In this document: piece after piece, positions 24,581 through 36,694 of the stretch
How the letters are laid out: each line of letters begins with the position of its first letter
Numbering within the stretch: the first letter of the stretch is position 1
DNA from: Lama guanicoe
Taxonomy: Eukaryota
NCBI GenBank assembly: GCA_013239625.1
Contig: MU057352.1
Location: forward strand, 23,452,764 to 23,516,763
DNA length: 64,000 nt
Reading direction: 5' to 3'
The notes under the pieces: generated by a model
What the model was told of the DNA's origin: nothing
Seen by the model: only the letters and a program-made list of their open reading frames with translations
Databases searched by the model: none
Program-made: the position numbers and the translations under genes

Positions 24581-25669
24581 GGCTAGTCTCTTTTCAAGCA
24601 CATCACGCTCTGCAGGGACCTTAGCTGGCACCCAGGCAAAACCCTTCATTGTCTCTAACGGGAAGGGGCCAAGGTCACATGCTGGTAACAATGATGGTAA
24701 CCTGGTCACAACCAGGTTACCTGACACCCTTTCTAGGGCCCTCGGTGTGTTGAGTTGAGATCTCATGGGTCAGCGGGCATCTCGGAAATGCCTTGATCAG
24801 TTTCCCGTGAAGGCACTGTCAGTTTCCTGGGCTCCACATCGGCTCTTTTAAATACATGACATAGAACAGCAGAGCCACTGCGTGTGTGCCGTTTCCACCC
24901 CACCGAGGAGCTGCCTGCCCAGGGAAGCCCCCATCCTGGCACCGCCTCGCCCGTCCTCCTGCTTGCCAGCTCGCAGAGTGAGAGCGGGGCCAGCGCCAGG
25001 AAGGTCAGGGGCCTCGGCTCAGGCCAGCGCTGGCTGGGCAGGAGGCGGAGGGAGCAGCGGGCAGAAGCCCTGCTTGGCCAGCCGCCCCGGGCACCTGCCA
25101 TCCTTGTGTGTTTGCTCAGCGGGTTGGGAGAGGAAGCAGGATGCTTTCCGTTGGGCCCTGGGCGTTCCGGGCCTCGGGGGCCAGCTGCTGGAGCTGGCAA
25201 CTCCTCTGAGGAGCTGTCTCCTGCTTTCTCTGTATCTCCCTCTCTCAGCTACCTGCCAGGCAGGTAATAATCCCACCAGCACCTAATGTCACCCTGGGGA
25301 GACAGCAGGAGGCCCGGGCACCGTGCATGGAACAAACACTGGCAGGGTGCCCGGGAGCGTGGCATCAGGCACTGTCAGCCCCAAAAAAGAGAGGCCCCCC
25401 TCCGGCGGCACCCCAGGCCCCTCCAAATGGCCTGCCTCCCACCACTTCCAGCCCACTTGTGCCACGTCAGCAGGTGTTTGCTGCAGTTCTGGCAAGGACC
25501 TCCAGTGACACACTGCCGGCCTTTGCATAGACACTAGGAGCGATTTAAATTCATCCAGAGTTTCAGTGCAGCTCCCTTCCTGGTAGAACCATGTGAGAGA
25601 TTGGTTCCGAGGCCACGTCTTAGGACGAGAGGATTCGTGCCCCAATAAAACAGAGCATTACAGTAAACA

Positions 25670-25870
25670 ATGCATTGAGAGCTTTATGGTTTGCAAAACA
25701 CTTTCACATCCACTGGTTCACCTCGGGTCTCCTACACTCTGTGAGTGAAGCGTTATTAATAGCCCCATTTTACAGGTGAGGTAACTGAGGCCACGAGTGC
25801 TTAGGTAACTTGCTCTGTGCCTTACAGGTAGGGTAACATCACAACAGAGACTAGAAGCCAGATCTTCCCT
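25670..25870 (-). mobile_element. MIR SINE
   Basis: ccccattttacaggtgaggtaactgaggcc...ggtaacttgc. Confidence 0.75.
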
Positions 25871-26742
25871 TAAAAAATCCAGACTTCTTTCTAATCACTG
25901 TTTAATATTAGCAGACATTGAAGAAGACATGGGTTTGCTATCCAGGGAGTTTGCACCCAGATAAAATTGAGTAGAGAGAAAGGAATTGATGTTTCCTCGA
26001 GCTGCTTTTTGTTTAGGCTCTACCGTGTGCGGTGTTCCATTTGGTCTCTCGAGGCAGGTATTCTTTGCCTCCGTGTTACAACCAAGGAAGCCGGGGCTCC
26101 CAGAGGTGAAAAGTCTTTCCCCTAGTTCCACCTGCCGTGGACCCCACAGCAGAAGCTGGACCCAGGCCTCTCTGCCTCCAGCGCCTACCCTTCCTCTGCA
26201 CGGGCCATGCAGCCTCCTGCTGAGACCCCGTGTACAGGACAGGGGGGCGGGGCGCAGGCAGGGGCAGCTCCCAGGGCGGCTGACGCTCTGCTGGTCCTTT
26301 CCCAGGAAAAGCTTGAACACCAGCCTTCGCTTTATAGCCTCCCAGCCGCCGTCTGGTCCAGCGTCATGGGTCTGTGGTGTGGAGGAAGAGGCCTTGTGCA
26401 TCCGCTGCTCCAGTACCCTGTACCCTCACTTGCCAACTGAGAAGATGCTGGAGAGGGATGGAGCTTGGAGTGGAATCTGAGACCCCTGCCTCCTGGTCCC
26501 CCTCTCTGCTTCCTCTGATCACCTGGAGCTTTCCTAAGGGTCACCTGTTGTGACTCTTGATCACAAGCTGCTACTCATCATACCCGTCGTTCCGTTTATG
26601 CACGACGGTCCTCAGAGGCAGGCGCCAGGCGTGACTGTGTCTTTGGGGCTGGCCCAACACTGGGGCTGGGGGTCTGTGGCTCCCACTCTGCCTATGTGGC
26701 CGAGAGCAAGCTGCCTGTTGTCTCTCCCTTTTTAACTTATTC

Positions 26743-26827
26743 TTTTTTTTTTTAATTGAGAGTATGGTTGATTTACAATGTTGTACTAGTTTCAGGTGCA
26801 CAGCATAGTGATACAGTGTTTTTACAG
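26743..26827 (-). mobile_element. Short 5'-truncated L1 3' end
   Basis: poly(T) then aattgagagtatggttgatttacaatgttgtactagtttcaggtgcacagcatagtgat. Confidence 0.8.
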
Positions 26828-27339
26828 CTCCTCCTCCATGAAGTGGCTGTTTCCTTCCCCCCGTTGTGTTCTCCTGCAGCAGTGACAGTGGCTCCCCAGG
26901 TTGGGTGCTAAGAATGTGCCAGGCTTTCCCGTCCCCCATGGTGGTGATTCCCCTGGGAGCTGGCATGATGCACGATTTTGCTGGAGGTAGGAGTCCTGTG
27001 TCGTGGGCTTACCCCCGACCTGCCACTGTGCTGATGGGCTGACCTGCCGGTGACGCTGATAGAGCTGAGGTGTGCGGGCAAGTCAGGTGTCTAAGTTCAC
27101 CATCCATGATGGAGTCAGGAGGGGAGCCCAGGCATCCTGTCTATAGGTCCCATGTGGGGCCCCGCACTCCTGTGCCCTGCCGTGAGCCTCTGCCCCGTCT
27201 TCATCCTGCGGAGACCCTGGGATCCTGCCTCCACAGGCACGCAGTGTGATCGAGTGTCTGGCTCGCAGTCGGTGTGAGTGCACATTGGGTGAGAGGAGAG
27301 ATGAGTGAGCGAACGTTCTGAAAAGCAGACAGCCCTATG

Positions 27340-27900
27340 GCTTCCCACGGGCACAGCGGCACAGAGCGGGCCCCCAGAGGCCCCCCCGTGCAGCGGCCAC
27401 ACCTGGGTCCTCCTGCTGGCTGCCCCCGGGCCGGCAGCCCCTTGCCGTGCTCACCGCAGCCCTCCCTCCGCGGCCTCCCCGTTCCCGCCCTCTGTCCCGC
27501 CACGGGCTCCCGCCAAACCAGCCCACAACGGCCTCCTTTTGTTCTCCCATCTCAGTTTCAGGCAGGTCTCCCGCTTGCCTTGCACCCCCCTCTGAGGCCT
27601 TGATGGGCGGCCAGCTGAGCTGGCCGAGCGCACGGCCCGGGGCGGGAGCCAGGGCCCTGACGGCCACTTCCCGCCTCGCTGGCTCCCCGGACCTGGCTGT
27701 TCTGGGGCCCAGGCACCCAGGGACAAGAAGTGCCCGGATGCTGGCCTGGGCTGGCATGGATGTTCATCCGGGGCTGCCAGAGCCCAGAGTCCTTTCTCAG
27801 GCCTCGCCCAACGTGAGGCTCTCAGCACAGCCCACGGCCTCCGGCCCCCACGGAGCAGACCCCTGCAGCAGGCGCAGCCCGGCTGGGTCCTGAGCTCTCC
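27340..27900. promoter_or_regulatory. CpG-rich, island-like segment
   Basis: about 70% GC with dense CpG (roughly 25 CpG counted in 27421-27720). Confidence 0.4.
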
Positions 27901-27929
27901 CGGGGAGGCAGCACGGGGTAGGGGTGGAG

Positions 27930-28140
27930 CACAGGCCTTGGCTCCAGACCTGTGTTGAGTGCCTCACTCTGCCATCACCCGCCCTGTGGGACTTGCGCAC
28001 CCTGTGCCTCAGTTTCCCCTTCTGTAAGCGGGAAGAATAGAACGCCTAGTTTACGGACCAAGCGCTGTCGGTTAACACCTTGGGCCTGGTACGCAGCTGC
28101 TGGGCGCGCCGTGCCTGGGTGGTGAGCATCACCGTAGTTG
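27930..28140 (+). mobile_element. MIR SINE
   Basis: ctgtgcctcagtttccccttctgtaa. Confidence 0.65.
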
Positions 28141-28433
28141 TTAAGACGTCTGAGCACCAGGAAGAGAAGCAGGCCGTGCACAAGCCCAGCCTGGCCTCCG
28201 GAGGCCGGGCCTCATCCCCTGCACCGCTGGGTGCCTGCCCCGGTCACCCCTGCAGAACATCCATGTGAGAATGAGGGCTTGTCTGTTCTTATTTTATAGT
28301 TTTAAAAATAATACATGGTCACTGTATGGTTTAAGAAACTCAGATAAGCAAAAGGAAAAACTAAAAACCATTTGTATTTCTCTTGCCCAGATATGTGTAG
28401 CCAGGTGCACACACATGCATGGGCTTAGACAGA

Positions 28434-28822
28434 TGATGACAGACTGAGTGTCCGTGTCCCCCCGGATCCCATAGGCTGAAGCCCTGCCCTCCGGTGTGAT
28501 GGTATTTGAAGGTGGGCCTTTGGGAAGTGGTTAGAGTTAGATGCGGTCATGAGGATGGAGCCCTCGTGGTGTGATTAGTGCCCTTACAGAAAGAGAAGGA
28601 GAGATTGGTCTCTGTCTCCATGAGAGCATGGGGAGAGGCTGTGTGAGGATGCAGGGAGGAGGTGCCTGAGTACAAGCCTGGAAGTGGGTTTCATTAGGAA
28701 CTAAGTCAGCTGCACCTTGATCTTGGACTTCCAGACTCTACAACTGTGAGGAACAAATTCCTTTGTTTAAGCCACCTAGTCTATGGTATCTTGCTACAAA
28801 GCGTCCCAAGCATGCTAGTACA
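28434..28822 (+). mobile_element. MLT1A-like MaLR solo LTR, probably inserted in an old L1ME fragment (28285-29010)
   Basis: gtgatggtatttgaaggtgggcctttgggaag, ttgatcttggacttccagactctacaactgtgag, tttaagccacctagtctatggtat. Confidence 0.9.
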
Positions 28823-29139
28823 CACATGCAGGGGAATAGCCAGTTTTGTAGTAATCTATGAGATACATAGTATGGTTCACATACTCACATACGTTCACGC
28901 ATATACATGTATTTGGACAAGTATTTGTTCCTGGCTTTTGCCATTTAACAGGTGAACATTTTTCCTGTTAGTATTTAAAGGCCACATGTTTTGTCATATA
29001 CAGACATACCCATTTCGCAGATGAGACAGTTGACCCACTGAGAAGCAACGTAGTCCCTCAAGATGACCCAGCTGCTTCAGGCACAGCTGACCCCCAGACA
29101 CTTGTCCATGAAGGTCTTGGTGGTTCCCCAGGGCAGAGT

Positions 29140-29410
29140 GAGCAAGACACTAAGTTCCATGAGAACAGGGACTGTGTCAGCTTCAGTCACCAGTGTCTCT
29201 CCAGCACCTCCCATGTGGTGGGGTTATTGAGTGAATGCATGAAGTTAAGTCCCCTTCCTTTTTGATCCCATTTCTTGCATTCAGCATGTCTTCCCAGGTG
29301 GCCCCCCTCACTGGCTTGTGTACTTAGGCCAGGACCATGTCGGATTAACTTGGAATCCCTCAGCTCACATCCAAGTCCTGACCCGGAGCAGGTGCTCAGT
29401 AAACGAGTAC
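29140..29410 (+). mobile_element. L2 3' end fragments
   Basis: taagttccatgagaacagggactgtgtc...gagtgaatgcatgaa; caggtgctcagtaaa. Confidence 0.6.
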
Positions 29411-30039
29411 TAGATTGTGGAAGCCGGGATCTCTCCGGATTTGAGGCAGTGCCCTCGCCGCAAAGCTATTCTGAACTCTTTCATCACACGCAGAGGTCAA
29501 GTTCCCCAGACCTATCGAGTTGCCAGTGATCTTCCTACCATCGTTGATCCAGGAGCGACTTGGACATAAGCCCCTGCCTGTCACACCTGAGCTTGGCACA
29601 CTGGGGCTGTTCCGGAACAGACCTCACGGCTAGGGGTTAAGTGACACCTGGAGCGGTGGTGAGCCCAGGCACCTCCTTTTGGTGACTCTCCCGGGCTGCG
29701 TGGCGGGTGGCTGGTAGCTGGCAGCGGAGGGACCCTTGGCACTGCCGCGCTCTTGCGTCCTCTGCCAGCGGGGCCTTTGATCCCCTTGGGGGCCGCCTGC
29801 CCAGCCGAGCGCATTGTAGGCAACAAAAGCTGCAAAAAGCAGCACAAATAACATGAAAACGACCCAGGAACTGCCAGAGAGCTCATCACCCTGTTTCCTG
29901 GTGGTCGTTATGGGGGTGGGAAGGCGTGGGGAAGCATTTCTGGTCCTCGTGATGGCCTACGCTTTGCACAGCCTCCTGGTGCAGCTGATGCTGCGTTAAT
30001 GAAGCTAGCAATCCCGCCTCTCCTCGGAGCGACGGCTTT

Positions 30040-30140
30040 CTCGTGTGTAAAGTGGGTTTAGTAAGACCAAACTCAGCGTTCTTGTGAGGACGAGATGAAT
30101 TGAGACACACCAGGTGCCTACTGTGTGGCCATCTAATAAT
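30040..30140 (+). mobile_element. MIR 3' fragment
   Basis: tgtaaagtgggtttagtaagacc...ttgtgaggacgagatga. Confidence 0.5.
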
Positions 30141-30169
30141 AGTGACAACAGTCACTGTAACAGCAGCAG

Positions 30170-30412
30170 CGAGGACACACTGAGCGTTTATTGTGCGCCA
30201 GACGCCGTTTCAGTTGCTTTGTGTGTATTAACTCACTTAATCTTCATAATGACCCTTTGAGGTGGGTCGTACTGGTATCTCCATTGTACAGATGAGAAAA
30301 ACTAAAGCTCAGAGATGTTAAGTAACTTCCTCAAGGTCACACAGCTCACAGGATGTCAAACCAAAACCCAGAATCAGCAGTCTGGTTGTAGAGCGTGTGT
30401 ATAACCACCTTG
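30170..30412 (-). mobile_element. MIR SINE (near full length)
   Basis: tgtattaactcacttaatcttcataatgacccttt...tacagatgagaaaaactaaagctcagagatgttaagtaacttcctcaaggtcacacagct. Confidence 0.9.
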
Positions 30413-30456
30413 CCATGCATTTCTTCCTCCTTCTCTTAAATATCATGTTTCCCTAT

Positions 30457-30512
30457 TGGTTATGATGGTGATGACTACCATGATGATGATGATGGTGGTG
30501 GTGGCGGTGACA
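30457..30512. repeat. (TGA/TGG)n trinucleotide repeat
   Basis: tgatgatgatgatggtggtggtggcggtga. Confidence 0.85.
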
Positions 30513-30994
30513 GTGGTGGGACAGTGGAGGGCATTCCTTTACTTTGCATGGCGACCTGCTTCTTGCTGGAATTTCAAACTCCTTTTCGTATCTGATCCTC
30601 AGAACAAGACTGGGAGAAGGAGTGAGTTTTGAGATCTGAGGAAACTGAGCCATAAGGGGTGGCCGAAGACGATGCACCCGTGCTGTTGGAGCTGGGGGAG
30701 CAGGCGGGGGAGGGGCTGTCCTGGCCCACTCAGGCTGGAGCCTCTGCTTCCTCATGCTGGGGCCCCAGCAAGGATGTGGGGCTACAGCAGGAGGCAGGTG
30801 GAGAGTCACCCCTTCTCCTGCTGCCTCCTTGGATGTTGGCTGCAGTCAGTACAGTGGTGACCTCAGACCTGCTCATGAACACGGTGCAATCACAGCTCCC
30901 CTTCCCTGCGTGTGCACTCGTTTATTTCACTCATCCCACGGTGACCGTAGGAAGTCCATACAGTTATCACTGTCGTCGTCCAGACAGCATCGAG

Positions 30995-31447
30995 GATTTA
31001 TTGCCCCAGTAATGCCGAGTAACAGACACCAATGGGGTCTCAGTGGCTTCTGATAACAAGTGTTTATTGTTCACACCTCTGGGTGGCTGGCCGAGGGGCT
31101 CTGTCGTCTTGGCTGGGCTCCCCCCGTGTCTGGGGCTTGGCTGCCGTTGGCCGATCCGGTTCATCCAAGTGTGTCTGGGGTGTCTCGGCTCTGCTGTGTG
31201 GCTTTCATCTCCTGGTTCCAGCAGACTAGCCGGGAATGTCCTTCTCCCGGTGAGGGCGGAGGGCAGGGGCGAGACCAGGTCTGCCGAGCAAGGTGTTTTC
31301 AAGCTTCTGCTTACCTCTCCTTTGCTACCACAGCCTTGGCTGAAGCAAACGACACAGCCAGTCCCAGGGTCAGAGTGGGAGGGCCCTGAAGAGGGCAAGG
31401 ATGCAGCCATGGGGGAACGAATCGGGACCCTTTTGCAACTGATCACA
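30995..31447 (-). mobile_element. MLT1G/H-like MaLR LTR
   Basis: aatgccgagtaacagacacc...tctcagtggctt...tttattgttcaca; ttggctgaagcaaacgacacagccagtcccagggtcagagtggg. Confidence 0.65.
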
Positions 31448-32574
31448 GAAGACATCATCTCAGGGGACCCCCAGACGTCTCTGGGCTTTGCCGTCATCCT
31501 TACTTAAAAATAATTGCACCATTAGAAAAAGGAGATTGACAGGCACGGGCCCAGGCCCAGTGCCCAGCACTTCCCTCGCAGGAGTCAGCAGTATGATTTC
31601 CGAGGCTCCACGGCTCTGGGGCACTTTCTCAATGTCACCTGGCCAAGAAGGGGCTCAGCCCTCACTGGGATGTCGCCTGCCTGTTTCCGGAATGGATGTG
31701 TAGGCTAAAGAGCCCAGGTGTGTGCCAGGTTCTGCTTAGCGGAGAAACTCGCACCAGGCCTCTGACACGGTGTGTCTTGGGGCTGGAGGCCCGGAGGGGA
31801 GAAGCTGCAGGCCCCTTCTTCCAAGGGGTGCGGACCGGCTCTGGTTTCGCAGAGGCTAGAACATAGCAGAGGATTCCCCTGGTAACCCTGGGAGCCTCCG
31901 GAAGAGGGTTCCGAAGTGTCCGTGTCATGGGGAAATGAGGCCCTTCTGCCATACATCGGCCGCAGCCTGCAGGTGAGGGCCTCGCCAGTTAAATTTCCAG
32001 CCTCGAGGATCGAAGCTGGGCAGGGACTCTGACTTTGAAAACGGCCTCCCAGTCAGTCAGTCCTCATTGGATGGTTGGAGCTCTTTCCCCTCCTGCTCTG
32101 TTCTGCTTCCCTGATGGAAGAGCCTCCAGGAGTTAAAATGCCAAATTCAGTCTTTGACCTTCATCCCAGAGTCTCTTCCCTGTGGGGCCCGGTTCTCCAC
32201 TCGCTGGCCTTGGGCCCCTCCCCACGCTCGTGCTGGCAGCCGAGAAGACACGTCTGAGGGTGGTTGCTGGGTGGCCGGGTTTGGAAGGCTGGGCAGCCAT
32301 CTGCTTTGCCGGCCCACCTCCCCTCCTCGCCTCTGCTGAGCCGTGAACTTGGTGGTGGTTATCACGTGCACCTCTTTAGCCCCGACTTTGGCCTGATAAA
32401 AGCTAGTGCAGAGCCTTGAACGAGGGAGACGGAAGCAAGAGACTCTCCCCCCACGCCCCAGCCCCCTCTATGCACCTGCTCTGTGCCAGACATCAACCCC
32501 GATGTTTATTTACTTTTCCCAGTGAACTGAAGGTTTATAAGGAGGATGCCGTTTCGTCTGCAAGAATGAGCATT

Positions 32575-32850
32575 CTCTTCCTCCTGGAAAACTCCTATTC
32601 ATCCTTCTGTACTTAGCCACAGAGCCCCCTTTTCCATAAGGCTTCCCTTGTCCCCCTCACTGGGGTTGCTGCCTCTCCCTTTAGGACCACCATGCCTCCA
32701 GGGCTTTGTCTGAGCCTGGGGAGCATTTCCAGCCCTGCTCTGGTTTATCGTGTGTGTGAGCCCTTTGGAGGCAGCAACGGCAGCTCCTTTACTTATCTCA
32801 GCGTCCCCGGTGCCTGCCACAGCGCCAGGCACACGAGTAGACTTGTGTGT
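32575..32850 (+). mobile_element. L2 LINE 3' fragment
   Basis: ctggaaaactcctattcatccttc...tccccggtgcctgccacagcgccaggcacacgagtag. Confidence 0.7.
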
Positions 32851-33039
32851 GCAGAGAGGACGTGACTGTGTAAGCAGAGATACCATCACTCAGTTCCACA
32901 AAGGCCTGGGCTTCAGACCCCTTGGCTCTGGCTTGGAAGCTGGAATAATGCACAATGGTCACAGCCAGCACCGTCTACGGACAAAGCCTGTTGTTGCTCA
33001 GTGCACGCAATTCGACCCTCATTCTTAGCAAATTTGTGT

Positions 33040-33240
33040 CCCAGTGGAAAGAGCCCAGCCTTAGAATTTGGTAGACTCAGATTGAACCCTTTCTCTGCCT
33101 TTTTTCAGCTTGTGACTTTGAGTAAGTCACTTCGGCCCTGTGCCTCAGTTTCCCCACCTGTAAAGTGAACATGGAAGCATTTTCTTTGCCCGACCTGTTG
33201 AAAAGAGTAGAGATGATATGTGTAAAGCCCTGGTGTGAGC
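33040..33240 (+). mobile_element. MIR SINE
   Basis: tgtgactttgagtaagtcacttcggccctgtgcctcagtttccccacctgtaaagtg. Confidence 0.85.
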
Positions 33241-33375
33241 CGAAATTATTGTCGTGATCATCTTTTCTCTGAAAAGGAACCCCGTTCTTAGCATCTCTTG
33301 AGGGGGACAACAAAAGGGTCTGCGGCAAGGATACAGTTATCTGAGGCTTCCCTGCCTTTGTTTTCTGTCTTGCAG

Positions 33376-33589
33376 GTGCAGTGCCTTCCTCGGAACACAG
33401 CAGTAAGCCCGCCGGCTACTCCAGCCCTGCCTAGATTCCCAGGAAATCGGCAGGAAGAGAGCCACCTGCTGCTTGCTGGCCTGCTGTTTCCCGGCAGTAG
33501 CTGGGGGAACACCCTGGGGCGGAGGACAAACACATTACACACGGGGACGTCCATCCTTCAGGCAGAAAGATGCCTGCACCTTGCACTTG
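33376..33589 (+). other. Candidate 214-nt exon (non-coding or cryptic)
   Basis: acceptor cctgcctttgttttctgtcttgcag|G and donor TTG|GTAAGT. Confidence 0.3.
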
Positions 33590-33832
33590 GTAAGTCTTCC
33601 CAGTAGGGGCGTACCTGCTAATTGAGCCTTGTCCCGCTCGCACTTGTGGGGGGCTCAGGGATGCCGTGGGACCTTTGGGATTGTGTTGCTTCCCCGGACC
33701 CTCCCTTTTTCCTCCCTGTCTTTCCTCCTTTGGCGCTTACTGGGCTTTTACCCTTCGGTGGGCACCATGCTCTGTCCTGGGGATAAGATGATGAGCGACA
33801 CGTGGTGCAAGAGGAAGACAAGTCAACACGCT

Positions 33833-34312
33833 TGGGTGGCTCAGTAACCATCTCCCCAAGATACCCACATCCTAATCCCTGGGACCTGTGACTGGCACCT
33901 TCCATGGCAAAAGGACTTGGCAGACTTGGTTAAGTTAAGGATCTTGAGATGGGAAGACTCTCCTGGATTACCCAGGTGGGCCCAGTGTCCTCACAGGCAT
34001 CTTTTTTGGTTTTTTGTTTGTTTGTTTGTTTTTGATGGAGGTACTGGAGATTGAACCCAGGACCCCATGCATGCTAAGCACGGGCTCTACCACTGAGCTA
34101 TACCCTCCCCCCAGCATCTTTATAAGAAGGAGGCAGAGGGGGATTTGACGACCCAAGAGAAGAAGGCATTGTGACCGTGGAAGCAAGGATTAGAGTGATG
34201 CCACCGGAGGCAGGGAATGTCCGCAGTCTCTAGAAGTGGGAGAGGAAGGGAACATCTTTTTCCTTGGAGCCTCCAGAAGGAACCAGCCCTGCTGACACCA
34301 TGATTTTAGACC
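33833..34312 (+). mobile_element. MLT1D/C-like MaLR LTR, interrupted by a camelid SINE
   Basis: cacatcctaatccctgggacctgtga, taagttaaggatcttgagatggg, ctggattacccaggtgggccc, gagcctccagaaggaaccagccctgctgacacc. Confidence 0.9.
34005..34113 (-). mobile_element. Camelid tRNA-Ala(AGC)-derived SINE (Vic-1-like) with TSD GCATCTTT
   Basis: reverse complement GGGGAGGGTATAGCTCAGTGGTAGAGCCCGTGCTTAGCATGCATGGGGTCCTGGGTTCAATCTCCAGTACCTCCA plus (AAAC)n tail; TSD at 33997-34004 and 34114-34121. Confidence 0.92.
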
Positions 34313-34759
34313 CTGGGTCTGGACCGTTAAGTGTTTGTCCAACTAAAGGAGTCAGGATTCAAGTGAGGTCCTCTGATTCCCCGAGCCCCTCCTCTTTACA
34401 CTCTGCCTCCTCCTACGAGCAGCTTACTGAGGTTGTGAAAGGCAGTTCAGATGCTTACAGGAAAATGGAAGAAATGTGAAATACAAGAGACCTTGGCTAT
34501 TTATACTAATTAAATGAAGAAACAATTTAAACATCACCATCCATTGCTGTAATGAGGCCGGAGGACAGCAGGTGCACGGACGTGCTGCCCCTGGCAATGG
34601 CGAGAATGCTGGGAGTGGGTTTTGTTAGCACAGTGTGCAGAAACTGCCTTGATAGTGTCTGTGTATTTTCATTCTGTTACCTCACCTCTCAGTTTCATCC
34701 TAAGGGGATAATTCAAAGGAAGAAAAAAACTATTTTGTGAAAATATCTATTAAATCATG

Positions 34760-34940
34760 ATTTTTTTTTTTTACTTTTGATTATGGGACATTTTAAACCT
34801 CCACAGAAATAGAAATAATAGAATGAACAACCATTTCCCGTTGCCTGGCTTTAGCAATGATAAACATTTGCTTTATTTACTTCAGTTTTTTCTAATGTAT
34901 TTTCAGATAAATTATAGGTATTTCACTTCCAGATATGTCA
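34760..34940 (-). mobile_element. Old L1ME-type 3' fragment
   Basis: ttattatgggacattttaaac-like start, aatagaatgaacaacc, aacatttgc. Confidence 0.5.
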
Positions 34941-35089
34941 GGGTAACTTTCGTTATGATAGTAAAAAGTTGAAACCAAACTTGATTAAATGGAAAATGAT
35001 TAAATAAACTATGATTATCCACTTGGTACAATATTACAAGGTCCTCAAAATGATCACTTGAAGTTCTCATTACAGGCTCTTAGAACTCT

Positions 35090-35272
35090 ATACTTTCCCT
35101 TTCTATGACTTACCATGATTTTTAATAATTTAATTGCCTGGTTATTGAGTTAATGTCTGTCTTCCATACTCATCTGGTGGGGACAGTGCCCATTTTGCCC
35201 ACCATTTTGTACTAACTGCCCAGCACAGTGCCTGGCATATAGCAGGTGCAAAATAAAATTGGTGGAATACAT
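35090..35272 (+). mobile_element. L2 3' end
   Basis: tgcccagcacagtgcctggcatatagcaggtgcaaaataaa. Confidence 0.8.
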
Positions 35273-36273
35273 GCCAAATGAGCATTTTTAGGTTCTTGAA
35301 GTAACGTGCTGAGCGATGCAAGTAAAACATGTAACCTCATGTGAGCCTGATGTGAAAATGAAAATGCCTGTGCGTACGGATGGCTTCTAGGAGGCAGCTC
35401 TGGAGTGTCATGTCATGCCAGCACGATGGGCAGTGTGGCTGGGATCCGTCCCTCCTGCTTCCTTTCCTCCGTGTTGTGGCTACGCGGTTGTAACCGTGCA
35501 GGAGTCCATCCCTGCCATCACTGAGGCAGCCGCTGTCACACGTCCTGCTTGCCTCGTGCCGTCCGGGAGAAGAGGCGCGTCCGCTTGGAGTGGGAAGACT
35601 TGGTTTTGAAGCTGTTGCTCTCCTTTCTGCCCCTGCGGGACACTGAGCAGTCTCTGAACTTCTGAGAGTTTAGTTCCTTCAAGTTGAAAGTGTGATAATG
35701 GTACCTGCCCCCCTGCGTTTCTGTAATTAAACGAAAGAACGAATGTCTTGTTGACGGAAGCACATCGTAACGTGTTCCAGAGCTAGCTGCTCCCCGTCCT
35801 TCTCCGCCAGGACACCTGACCCCTAGGAACTCAGGAGGGGCCCAGCTGCCCTGATGCCCCCTGGGTGGAGAAAGAGTGAGTGGTCCCACGGAGGGGCACA
35901 GTGCAGCCAGGTGACCATCTGAAAATCCCTGCTGACGGTAAACGGGGAGGTGACAGCTAATTAACTCAAAGTGCTTCCATCTTACTAACTGGTGGGTCCA
36001 TCAGTCACCCGACAGTATTTCCTGAGTGCCTACTGCAGACGGGTTGTGTATTCATCAGCCCTCAGTGGCTGCTGACCCCACCCGGACTCTGGACTTTTAG
36101 GTGGCACTAGAGTCTGGACACCTTGTGCTTAGGGTGGTGATGGAGGATAAGGGCGGTTCGGCCAGTGGATGAAGGGCAGCCTCGTGGCTTTATAGGAAGA
36201 GTTTTTAGTCCAGGGATCCTGGCTGACTCTTCTCCTCCTTTCTTCCAAAGGATCCTGCCAACATGCTTGAGCC

Positions 36274-36694
36274 CGGATGAGCTTCCCAGGGCTGCCACCA
36301 CCAAGTACCACACACTGGGTGGCTTACTTAACAGAATTGTCTTCTCTCACAATTCTGGAGGCCAGTGTCCAAAATCAAGGTGTTGGCAGGGTTCTGCTTC
36401 CTGAAACCTGTAGGGTGCAGACCCTCCCTTGTCCCGTCCTAGTTTCCGGTGCCACCAGCAACTCTTAGGGTCCTCACTCCAGTGTCTGCCTCCAGCCTCA
36501 CATGGACTTCTTCTCTGTGTGTGTCTGTGAGTCTCTGCATCTCTCTCTCCTTATAGAGACCCCAAGTCATTGGATTTATGACCCATCCTAATCCAGCAGG
36601 GCCTCATCTTAATTTGATTACATCTACAAAGACCGTGTCTCAAAATAAGATCACATAACATCTCTTTTTGGGGGATGCAGTTCGATCCATAACA
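36274..36694 (-). mobile_element. MLT1C-like MaLR solo LTR with intact 5-bp TSD (GAGCC)
   Basis: agggctgcc..caagtaccacacactgggtggctta, tctcacaattctggaggccag, ctcatcttaatttgattacatct; GAGCC at 36269-36273 and 36695-36699. Confidence 0.9.

Noticed and set aside
30040-30412. Oppositely oriented adjacent MIRs as a possible dsRNA hairpin
   Set aside because: The copies are too diverged for stable pairing; this arrangement is common in MIR-rich DNA.
30453-30809. Poly-His ORF (HHCHRHHHHHHHHGSHHHH)
   Set aside because: It is the translation of a (TGA/TGG)n microsatellite next to a MIR-like fragment.
34030-34110. Possible genuine tRNA-Ala(AGC) gene
   Set aside because: The A-rich tail, the TSD, insertion inside an LTR and a related copy at 22.2 kb indicate a SINE retroposition product.
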